A stretch of 64,000 bases of DNA from NCBI GenBank assembly GCA_951804945.1, contig OX638152.1, positions 53,258,001 through 53,322,000 on the forward strand, read 5' to 3'. Source of the DNA: Podarcis cretensis (Eukaryota). Under the pieces are notes generated by a model that was not told the DNA's origin, made no database searches, and worked only from the letters and a program-made list of their open reading frames with translations. Positions 25,916 to 37,900 of this stretch are shown piece after piece (position 1 is the first letter of the stretch; every line of letters starts with the position of its first letter). The position numbers and the translations under genes are program-made.

Positions 25916-28900
25916 TTATTATTATTTATACCCCGCCCATCTGGCTGGGTTTCCCCAGCCACTCTGGGCGGCTTCCAACAAAACACTAAAATACAATAAC
26001 CTATTAAACATTAAAAGCTTCCTTAAACAGGGCTGCCTTCAGATGTCTTCTAAAAGTTTGATAGTTATTTTTCTCTTTGACATCTGGTGGGAGGGCGTTC
26101 CACGGGAGGGCGCCACTACCGAGAAGGCCCTCTGCTTGGTTCCCTGTAACTTGGCTTCTCGCAGCAAGGGAACCGCCAGAAGGCCCTCGGCGCTAGACCT
26201 CAGTGTCCGGGCAGAATAATAATAAAATTTTATTTATATCCCACCCTCCCCAGCCAAAGCCAGGCTCAGAGCAGCTAACAACATTTACTGAAGAGGGGAT
26301 GTAAGGAGAGATTGGAAGGTTAACAAAAGGTGCAATAGCTCAACTTGGTGCCCTCCAGGTGTTTCAAACTATAGTTCCCATTATCCCTGATCACTGACCA
26401 TGCTGGCTGGGGGTTGATGGGAACTGTAGTCAAAAACATCTGAAGGACCCCAGATGTTTTAAGCACTGGAGAATGATCAAATAATATTGTAAAGTGGGGT
26501 TGCCACACACTGCTACGAGACACTGAAAAATCATGATTTACTTCAATTATTTCACATATTTAGGCCACGGTATCAAATGAGCTATGCTAAGTTTACTGGC
26601 CTTGTACCAAGAACTGTTTCCCTTCGATGGATTCCATGTTGCTACAGTAATGTTTGAGAGGTGGAATCTACTTGGGTTGCCAATGACATTCAATTTTTTA
26701 CTATTTGTGCCAACATTTTTGCCATCCAGACAAGGTGGCAGCATCAGGACAGACCTTTGAGACGAAATAAGGCTCACATGCTTCCCCTCCTCTTGTACAG
26801 CCATGAGGAGAAGAGGGTTGGAAGCTTCCACTTTAATTTTTCATTAACCACAATTTAGGGTTCAGTTGTAATACTAGAATTAACGATCATAATGAGCCAG
26901 ATTCATAAACCACAGACTGAAGTTGCCCTTGTTTTAGTAAACTACAGTTAAGTTTACTAACATAGTCTGTCTGAATGCAGATGCAATGCAAAGGTGTGGT
27001 TTGTCAAAATCAAAGCAAAATCTTCCTCACAAGCCCAAGGCTTGCATAGGCTCACTCCTATAACATGAAAATTCAGCCACTAAGTTCTTGCAACTGTTGG
27101 AACATTCCATGGAAGATAAGCTTTAATAAGGAAAGTGCCAGCAAAATTGCTTAGTGGAACCAAAAACCTCCCCATCCGGATTATAAAGAGAAGTTCTTAC
27201 ATTTAATCCTTGGGTAAACATGACTTTGTTGCAGACAGCTGGAATGGTTGTTACCATCACCATTGAAAGCAATCTTGGAAAAGGAACAAACTCTGTTGTT
27301 TTAAAAGCAGTAGAAATCTCTGGTTGAGCCTCATAGATCTGAAATTTTTATAGAAAATACACATTGTTAAGACAGTGCTAATGAGGCCATGGCCCCTAAC
27401 GCCAATTCAGCTGAACATGTACAAAGGTTATTATATTATAAAACAGTCTGAAATGCCTAATTCCTCATGAAAAGAAAGGTGTTTGGAGATAAACCCAACT
27501 GGTGTCCATCGACTGTTTATTTGATAAAGCATAGCTTTCCACCAGCAGAAGAGGGATTTAGGAGAACTTCAGCAGTTTCCTGCTGTAGCCACCTCAAAAC
27601 AAAAATTCGTGGAGGGTAAGGATATCAATGGCTACTAGTCACGATGGCTGTGCATCACCTTCAGTAACAGAGGCAGCAAGTCGCTGAGTATCAGTTGCTG
27701 AGAATCCTAAATAGAGAGAGTGATATTGCGCACGGTCGCTCTCTCCTGGCAAGCATTTAGTTTCCATAGCTTATCTGTTGTTGTCAATATTAATTCCTCC
27801 TGTTTAAGACACTTTATCAGGATGTTGCTGAGTAACAGAAAAGCTATTCATAAGCGTTCTAATCAAATAAAAAATAATTTGCCATCTAATTTCTCCATCA
27901 CTGATCTCATTCTTAGTTAATATATTCTATTACTTTCAAAAACATTTTTTCCCATTCACTAGGAATAAAGGATATGTATTAATCTCTCTCTAATGCATTT
28001 TAGTAAGAAGTTTTTAAAACCTCTCGCCACATTTTCTATAAATAACTAGGAAGACCTAGAGCTAAGTCAACTCACACCAGCTAAATGATCTTTAGCTTGA
28101 AGGATGGCCAATATCTTCTTGGCAACTTATAGCTCAGGGTCCCTGGTACAGAACTCAGTAAGCACAGAGGAAGATAATAATATATTGGCTCCTATTTAAT
28201 CACCCGTTTTGAGTTGATAATGTACTCTTTCTAAAGAGCAGATAACAGCAATTATGCCCAGAAAAAAGGTAGGAGAACAAACTTAGCCCACATATTACCA
28301 TCTTGTCTCCTGTTTATTGTCAGAGCTGTATACATGCCATAAGTGTTGCAGAAGCATAGAATGTGGTACCAAGTCCAAAATTCAGTATCCTGGGAATCTA
28401 GGCTTATAACCACTCTGCCTTATTACTGTATTGAAGGTGTAAAGGCAATGCCTGGCAAAGTTCTAGATGTCAGTAGGTGTGAGCTGGTATTCCCATTTCT
28501 ATCCCAGGGGGTAGAAATGGAGCTTCCTTATATCTTTTTTCATCTTCCACAACTGGCAGAACAAACACTTTAAAACCATTAGGAAATATATGCAGCAATG
28601 GACCCCAATATTAATTTGCATATTTGAATCAAATATGATTTTGCATGATTGGTACAGATTCCAGTGCACAAAGTACCATTGAATATTGATTCTGCACAGA
28701 TGGCACAAAATGGCGGCCAGTTATGATCAGATGTGGTTAATTCCTGTGCAAAAACATTTCCAAACTCAGGACTTGTTCATATGTTACAACGGCAAAATAT
28801 CAACCTAGTAAAATCTTAGGCTTTCTGTATCATGCTCTTATTAAGTAATGTCATTTCAACTGTGTGACTACAGTATGTCCCTAGCATTCTTTTCAAGGAC

Positions 28901-31900
28901 AGATCTGGAGGGCAGATAATAGAGAGGTATTACGTTCAGATAAATATAGTAAAGATAGACATTATTTACTCACATGGTGAGGTGTGGGAGAAGAGCAACC
29001 CAACCCAAAGGTCTAACTCTGTTGGGATTTCTCCACAGTAAGAAATGCATGAACAGGCCCTTAACCAAAATGAGTCTCTTTGCTACTCCCCCATCAAATA
29101 TAACTACGGGGGGGGGGGGGGAATAAAGATGTTTACTGTGATCCTAACACAGCAAAAAAGTTGGTAAATGTTATTTTCATGTACAAAGGGTATACTTTTC
29201 ATAAAATTCTTACCTTCCTCAGCAATTTCATATTGTCTAGCCAAGCTGATTTTAGCCTGGGAACAAAAGAATACTGGGACTCCTTAAAGTATCTGTTCAG
29301 TAAATCTGGGCACACTTTGAATATGTTCACCGCAAGATCAGCAACCATCTCATCTTCTGCAGCAGTCTTTAGATTCACGAGAAAGCGCAAAAGAACCAAA
29401 TTCCCTCCTCTAGTAAAGAAAGATTTTGAAAAGCAATCACTATGGCAGCATATGTCACCATACAGTTGAAACCAATTCTAACAGTGGCCAGGATCCAAAC
29501 AACTGCTCTAGGCATGTGCAAGGGGGTCTTGAGCATGCCCAGTGGAATTTGACTCTCCCCTGCCCCCCTTTGACCCCCATCTGATTCACAAACTGCTCTT
29601 GTAACATTCCTCAGTTTCAAAAGAGGTGTGCCATGGAGCAGAAAAAACTGCTATTAGACAAACAAAACAAAACAGCACCCCTACAAAGCTCCCTTGGGTG
29701 TATGGAATTAGTAAAGTGGCTCTTTGGGTGCTGGCAAGATGGTAAATAAGGCTCTAAATTCTGCTCAGTTTACTTTTGACAGAGAGAACCCAAAACAATT
29801 CTGTAAGCTACTGAAATTGCAGAATTGTTATCTAATTTAGACACTTTAGATAGGACATAACTGGCGCATTATTGTTTCAATCTCATTTGCAAGAAACAGT
29901 ACCAGCTGAGAATTTAAGCAGGAGGTAGGACAGGAAGAATGTCAGCCTAGGTACTGCAAGAACTAGCTAAGCAAAGTAAATCAGTCAAGAAATTCTTAGG
30001 TGGTTTTTATTTACCTTTTTACCTCACTAGCTGGGCTACATATAAGCCTTTCTCTTCGACAAAAGGGGTCATAGGACTGTTCATAAAGGAAGAAGCTTAT
30101 GACAGAGAGGCCATTCTTCCAGGCAGCTACTGCCTGCACATGTAGACCAATCTTTTCACAAGCAAAGGCCAATGCTTCACAGAACTTTCAGCTAAGCAGC
30201 CTATATCATATGATGGCAACAACTCCCCAAGGGAAACCATATTATATTTTTTAAAGCTCTGTTTAGGCTTCTCACTAAAAATACTTGAAGTATTTTGTTC
30301 AGCCTTGTCTTCTGGGAGCTGTAGAGTGTTGGGGCTCCACCCTGTGGCCTTCTTTTAAAAAGGAGATGACAAAACATTTGTCAATGTTTCTGCCTCAACC
30401 AGAATCGCGGTTTGGGACTGGCTGTGGTCCTACACCCCAAGTCCACTTCTACCCCTGATGCAACGGACTAGGAAACATTCCGGGGTTTGGGGTAGCGTCC
30501 TGGCTGCCCTTCCAATTCTATCTTTCTTCATTCCCTCAGGTTCCTGACAAGTCTCAGTTCCACAGTGGGGAACACCTGCAGTCCACATACAAAACCAAAG
30601 CAATTTTTGTACGTTTGGTTTGTCTGGTTGAAAATGAGAATCTTTGATTTAAACAGAGAATAGCTGACGGGACTATTTTCAACCACCGGAGTAACTGGGA
30701 TACTTTACCTGCCAGATGTGCCAAGGCTTGGATCATAAAAGTTAATGCCATGTTTCAGAGAACAACAGAGATCCAGTAAAAAATTATGGACGAGTTTCCT
30801 CACTAGGATCTTTCCTGCCTCTTCAGGATCCTGGGTAGCCTGCGTAGAGCACAAAGATCAATGTTTACTAGAATTTGTTTATTTGACCATAGCTCAGTGG
30901 CAGAGCACATGCTTCCCATGCTTCAGAAGGTCCCAAATGCGGTACCTGGCATATCCAGGATCAGAGAGCAAGTGATGGGGAGGGCTCTGCCTGAGAAGCT
31001 GGACGGCTGCCATCAGTCAGAGGAGAGCAGCAATGGGGAATCAGACCAATGTTCCCTCTGGCTGGGAAGTCAAATTTGAGGGGCAGAATGGGGTGGCATT
31101 TATGAGGAGGACATGAAAAATGGAGTCCCAAGACCTAGCAGCAACCAGCAGATTCTTGGAGGAGAAAAAGGTGAATGGTGAGACACTATAAAAAGCTGAA
31201 GACACTGTCTGTTAAATGTCTGTCCATAAGCTGGTTTAGGAAGGATCAGAGAAGACTTTTCTTCCTCACTTCCTTTGCCGTTTTCAGCTGTGCATACTAA
31301 CCTTCCCCAACCTGGTGCCCTGCAAATGTTTTGAACTCCCAACTCCCATCCCGTTTTGAATTTCTGCCAGCCACCCTCAGACCTGGTGCAGGGTGAGTAA
31401 TAACAACAACAATAATAATCCTTATCCTAGGCAAAATATTGTTTTACTATACAGGGCCAGATATAGCTTTCCTCTTTTTCTTGGGTTAGTATAAAGGCAA
31501 AACCCTTTCTACTGAGGTTAAACAGTGAAATAGAGAAAGATAAGAAGAAACTGCTGTACCACGACATCTTCTGTGCTGACGTCAGTAATTCCATTCCAGC
31601 GGTAGAGTGAGGCAATGTGGTTCAATACTTCGACAGTAAAAAAACGCACTTTCTGAGTCTTGCTAAGATTTCTATTGTGAACTACCTAGAAAAAAATACA
31701 ACACATACACAAATTTCAACTACAAAGCTGAAAAAAATAATCTTTTATCTTGATAAATTTATAATTCCGCATTTTCAGGCTAGAGCCTACCTTTGAAATT
31801 CCTTTGTTCAAGAATGGTCAGGTTTAAGGTCATTAAGAAAGAGACTGAAATGTTCTCCCATGCATTTCTAAATATTGCCCTTTCTGATGTCAGATTGTGT

Positions 31901-34900
31901 ACATTTGTTTTATTTTTAGAGAAACCTGTTTGTCCTAGGAAGAGTGCAGGGTGGCATTTCTAGTAGATGATTGCTTATACCACACTGGAAGATGAACAAG
32001 TGAATGAACCCTTGATTTTGTTAAGTCTTTAAGATGCCACAATACTGTTGTTTTTGCTTCAGCAAACTGAAACAGCTGCCCTTGCCCCCAGAAATTGAAG
32101 TTTCAAAAGAAATCCAAAAGAATCTAGTTATTTTTACAGGATGTACAAAAGGTTTAAAACTTCCTAACAGTTGCTTTGAAATACTATTTTCTTGTTTGTT
32201 TAAAAACTCAGCAAATTACAGGCTCCAACTCTTAGGGAATATTTTATGATCAAACAAAAGCTCATAACAGAAATGCTGACAAGATCTAAACTGTAGCCAA
32301 ACATTAAAGGATTGGTAATTGGAGAGTCTTTGGAAAACCACAACAGAGTTATTTTCATATATTAAATAAGATACAAAGAGTAAAGTCACGTCAAGGTCAT
32401 ACCTTAGTTGCCAAAGTGGAAAGTAGAAGGCTAACTGTAGAAATTCTATCTTCCTTCAAACCGGTTCGAAAAATATCTGGGATGAAATCTATAAACCATT
32501 TAAAAATGTTAAAAACATAATTGGAAGATGGAAAGCGTTTTTAAAATGAAATCAGTTTTATCAAGTGTTGCCACTGGTGTTACCGAATGCTTTGCTCTAC
32601 AAGGTGAACCAAAAGCGAATGGACTCAGAATAAACAATGAACTTGTACCATGGAAGAGGGTAGCTGAATTCTGAACTCTACAGTATCTACAGTAAGGATG
32701 GCCAACTATGGGGGAGCAGGGGAAATCTGGCCCATAACATTGTTCCCAATCCAAAGACTCAGATTTCTCCAAACAGAGCTAAGAAACCGGCAAAGCATTT
32801 TAACTTTCCTTTGCTGGGATAGAACAGTAAGGGAATCTTGCCCTCATTAAACTCAGCCACTTACTCAAAAACATGAGCAAAGGGTTCTTTAAATCTCTGT
32901 CTTCCTCTATTAAAGAGCACAGAAGTTTTCCTAAGTTCTCCCATTATGTATCTCGACAGCTAAATGCCTTGTGCAATACAACTCACAGGCGAATGAAAGT
33001 GAACTGCTCCTTCTTAAAGCTTGTATCCAATGAATTTAGGTACTCGTAACATCCAAACACGGACCTCTCACTTCACAAATAAGAGGGAGATATTAACGCC
33101 TTTAAGAAATATTTATAATATACCTTTTAACTCCAGAACGTGGACAAGGATTGTGTTGTCACCAGCAATTAAAAAAGAAACAGCATACTGGATATATGCC
33201 ATACGAACATCAGGCTTGCCCTAAATAAATGTTAAGAGACATTCAGCAACGTATAAACCCAAATGCCAACTCACTACAACAGTTGTAATATGAGGAATAC
33301 ATATTTAAAAGAGTGACTGCAATTTTAAACAGTTCACAGTCTTTTAACTAGCAGAACCATTTCTATGTTTATCATATTTCATAAGGTGCACTCCATCAGA
33401 AACTTAGGCCCTCTTTACCAGTGTGGTGTCACTGCTTCCACAGTGGTTTGTAAAAGAGCCTAGATATGTATTACAACAACTGCTGTTGTTGTGGTTTCCT
33501 CACATGTTTACATAAAACAAAAGCAGTCAAAATCCCAAGGGCCCAAGATTATTTATGCATTAAACATGGGAGGAAGATGAACAATGTGTTTTTATGTACC
33601 TGGAACAATGTAAGATTAACAGAAGAGGCGGTTTACCAGTCATATGAATGAATGAACCTTCCTATACAGTCGTACCTTGGAAGTTGAACAGAATCTGTTC
33701 TGGAAGTCTGTTCAACTTCCAAAGCATTCAACTTCCAAGGTGCAACTTCTGATTGGCTGCAGGATGCTAGTATCCTGCAGCCAACTAGAAGCCATGCCGG
33801 ACGTTCAGCTTCTGAAAATCATTCGAAAACTGGAACAATCACTTCCGGTTTTTTATTGTTCGGGAACCGAAGCGTTCAAGTTTACAGGCGTTCAGCTTCC
33901 AAGGTACCACTGTACATGGGAAGCTAACACATCTTCTTGATGTCCCTGTTTTTATCAGCAGCTTTCTGGAGCGGAACAGCAGGCAAACATGTTGCACTTC
34001 CATGCACACCTACATTTTGCAGTAGCATAATCCTAGGAAAACTGTACAATGTGCTTTTACAGAACTCTGGAAGGAATCCACAGCTTGAAACACACATTAT
34101 GGTGTGTGTTTGTGTGCATATGAGCTTGCTTGCTGTGAAATTCTCACAGGATGACTTTGCTACTTCTTTTTTATGCAAGAAGGCATTTGTGTAAGGGGAA
34201 GGGGGGGAACATAACAGTTACATCCATGTCATACAAAACATAGGTGCCATTTCATACAAAAGCTCCCCCCCACACAGAAAAATGATGTAATAAAATCACG
34301 TATATATACATTTTTTTAAAAAAAACCCTAAGTAAATCAAGAATCAAAAAATGTTTCGCCTGTGGATCAGTGACAGTTTGAAGCAATAAAACAATCCACA
34401 TCAATGATGCTCTGCACATGATATAGAAAGAGACTTAGGTATCCCCACCCCCAATTCTAGCTTTACTTTTCACAGCACAAAAAAACAAATACGGTTAAGC
34501 CATCACTTACACTCACTGCATATTTCCTCCTCTTACCTTATAATCTCTCCTCTTCACTAAACTAGGAAGGAATTTATTATTGAAATCAAAGTGGCTGTAG
34601 ACATCCCTTGCAGCATCCGGCCCCTGTGACACCATTGCAGATAGCAAGATGAGGCACTGGCGAGATAGTCTGCATAAGCAACACAGGAGAAGGAACAGTA
34701 CATAGGCAAACCAGTCAATGGAAAATTAAGAACTGACACCTTTGAAATTAAAATAGGCAAGTCTGAATTATGTCAGCTAAGAGCGGCAGATACCTAGCAT
34801 GTCACCACTAGACAGCAGATTTGTGGAGGGGAGAGAGGAATTCCCATTGTGAAAGCCAACATCCTTGTGGCAATGGGAAACTTTGCTGGGTACAATGCTC

Positions 34901-37900
34901 TCTGTTTTTTGTTTCATCACTTTTAAGATGAATGATTGAAAATTATATAGGCCACTTCTTTATGAATAACTCTACCAGGCTAAGCCCTGTTAAATTATGG
35001 TCCCAAGGCTGCCCTATCATTAGAAATGCTAAGGCACATCCCAGACTGAAGTGTTTGCCTGAAAACACTTACCAATAAGCATCTAACCCAAATTTCCTCC
35101 CCTTCTGTTTTCTGTTTGAAATTCATTGCTGTAGCTTTTTCTTTACTTTTCTGAAGTTTGTAACTGAAAACCATAAAACCTAAAAACTAGCAATTTTGGC
35201 TGAGGCAGTCCACCTCAGCAGAAGATTTGAGGGAAAAGATTTCAGTAACTAAAGAGTGCTAGTGTGGTTTTATAATAATAAAACATAATAATATAAATGT
35301 TGCACCATTTGAATTTTGTACTATAGGAAACAAAAAGGTCTTGGGCCATCTTTGCCTGGTCTTTCAGTATTTGTAACAGCTCGCTTATTAGAAATATGGT
35401 TCCAGATTCCTTGCCAAGGTGCAGGAGAGAATGTCAAGATATGGGAACATATTTCCATTTATGGTGGGAATATCCACAAGTTTAACTGTTTTTGAATACT
35501 GTGGTTTGTAAGAATGCACTCGATGTAAAAGGCAAAATAATGCCATCCCCACAATTAGCCCTTGTAAACCTCTTTACAGAGCAAGAATCTGTTCTATATA
35601 GCAGGGAACTGGTCACTTACCAGACTAACTATTGCAAGATTCTGGAGAGAGAATTCTGGTATACAAAAGTGTAGGATATTGCATTATTAGAAAAATTGAC
35701 TCACAGAGTACATAAAAGTAGTAAGTTTATTTTAATTTGGTATTATTTTGTCACTTATGTTACTATCCATGAGTATGGCCAGGCCCTACCAACAGCTTTT
35801 AAACACATGCGGTTGATGTGAGTAACTGTTATTTTTATACTTTTCTTCCTGTTGATGAGTCTTTTTTTTATAGTGGACCCCTGCACTCTGTAATGGATGC
35901 TGAACATTATATTTTGAATTTTTAAAAAATGTGCCACCACATTTTTGTAAGTATGCTTTGAATCTATGCTGGTGGAGTAGAAGCCTCAGATAAATAAATA
36001 TATGAACATGGAAGCAAAAAGAAAGGAGGAAGGTCATGGCCAATTAAAGTATTCTCGTAAATCAAGTATAAAGAGTACTTTGTGTACCATTCCAATATCT
36101 GTTCTCAGGATTAAAGTGGCATGATCCTGATCAATGGAAATATTGTTTCATTCAAGTTTTAGACAGTTATATATGTCCTTTGGTTTGCAATGAACTTACC
36201 TGTGACTCTCAGAATACAGAGCAGCATAGATTAATCTCATGTAGCTATTGATCAGCTTCTTTACTATGTTCATCCCTACCACACTGAAGTGGGACAAATC
36301 ACTTGCTGTTCGCAGCAAAATGCTTTCTAGAGCTTGAAAGATTAGCAGCATCTGCAACATTTAAATACTTTATTATACTTTGTTTATTGGGGTGGGTGGG
36401 AAAAGCAGCAAATATTAGAAGAACAACTTGAGAAGTCATCATCCTAAATAAAGTATAACATCTAACAACAAAGGAAGCTTCCAAATGTAAAAATGTAGCA
36501 AGTGCTTAGATCCACTGCTTCCTCCTACAATGGTAAACTCTAAATCAGAATACCAAAATAAAGCAAAGAAATATTGCAAATGAATTGTGGACCCTATCTT
36601 TGCTAAACAAGGTCTTCAAGGAGACAATTTCTGTAATAGTAAGTCAAAATTTCCAAGCCAATGCTCCTGTCCTATATTGTAACAAAATGCCTGCAGCCAA
36701 CGCACAATTTCAAAGGAAGGTGGAACAACAGTGTGCATCACAAACGTGCAGGGCTACAAATCCTACAATATGAAAATATGAAGGAAATATTTCACAGACT
36801 TATTGTGAGAACAAATAAGATTATCATTTTAAGTGTTTCAATGTGTGAAATACTTGACAAGCAATAAACATTAATTTAACTGTGTGAAGGTTCCAGTGGA
36901 AAGTTTATTCCTTATTGCTTTATGTTACCAATCAGTACTTGTTCAATGTATACACAACTCATCATAGAATGCTAAATGCAACAAATGAAATACTGACCTC
37001 ACTTTCAGGCCGCCTTTCGCCATCCAGAAGTTTTAAAATTTCTGCACACTCGACAGAAACTTTTATGTATCCCTCTACAACATCATACTGTTCTGCTGAT
37101 GGTAAAGATTTCGCTCTCGATATGAATGTTTCCAAACCTGGAACAAATCAAGGACTTATTCAACACTTGCCCGAAATCCTTGAGAGATGCTGTCATTCAG
37201 TATAGCCAATACTGAGCTAGATCAACCAGCTAAAGAAGGCAGCTTCCTATGTACCTAGAAACCACCACCAACAAATTGCTGGCATTAATACCTTGCCAAT
37301 GTAACCTCTGGGAACAGAACACAGGTGCAGACCGACAAACAAATGGTGCAACAGTAACTAAGTGGAAAATAAATTTGTAATATTGCACCATAACAAAGTT
37401 GGAGCAGTGAACTGGGAGTCTATTACCTGGGTAAATCTGAAGATTTAAATATTATAAATAAAATCATTGAATCACAGACTTGTAGAGTTGGAAAGGACCA
37501 TGACAATCATCTAGTCCAACCCCATGACACTGAGATTAAGAGTATCTTTTTTTATGTTGAGAAACTTCCCTACCTGGGGACATCTTGCAAACTTTCTACC
37601 CCCTCCAACTGCGCACTTCTAGTGCAATATATAAACATTCAGTCCCATTTTGTGCTCTGCATTAATCAATATGCAGATATTTAGCAGTGTTTGTCTGCTA
37701 AAATAACATAAAATATGCAGTTGCTGCCCAAGGATTGGTGTTAATTTACACGACAATGTTAACATGATTTTAGCTGTATTTAAGCTAAAATGGGATTGTT
37801 ACGGGCTGTACTTTTTACACTGCATTGCCATTTAATTCAAACGTTTACATTTATCCTTTCAGACCCTACTGTATATACATACTAACAGATGATTACATTT

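Noticed and set aside
30885-30960. tRNA gene (tagctcagtggcagagca)
   Set aside because: The B-box/T-arm is decayed and no cloverleaf forms. It is a SINE head.
32489-33123. Intronic H/ACA snoRNA (human URB1 hosts SNORA80A in an early intron)
   Set aside because: I found no SNORA80/42-like motifs by eye here or in neighbouring introns. An Infernal/Rfam scan is needed to exclude it formally.
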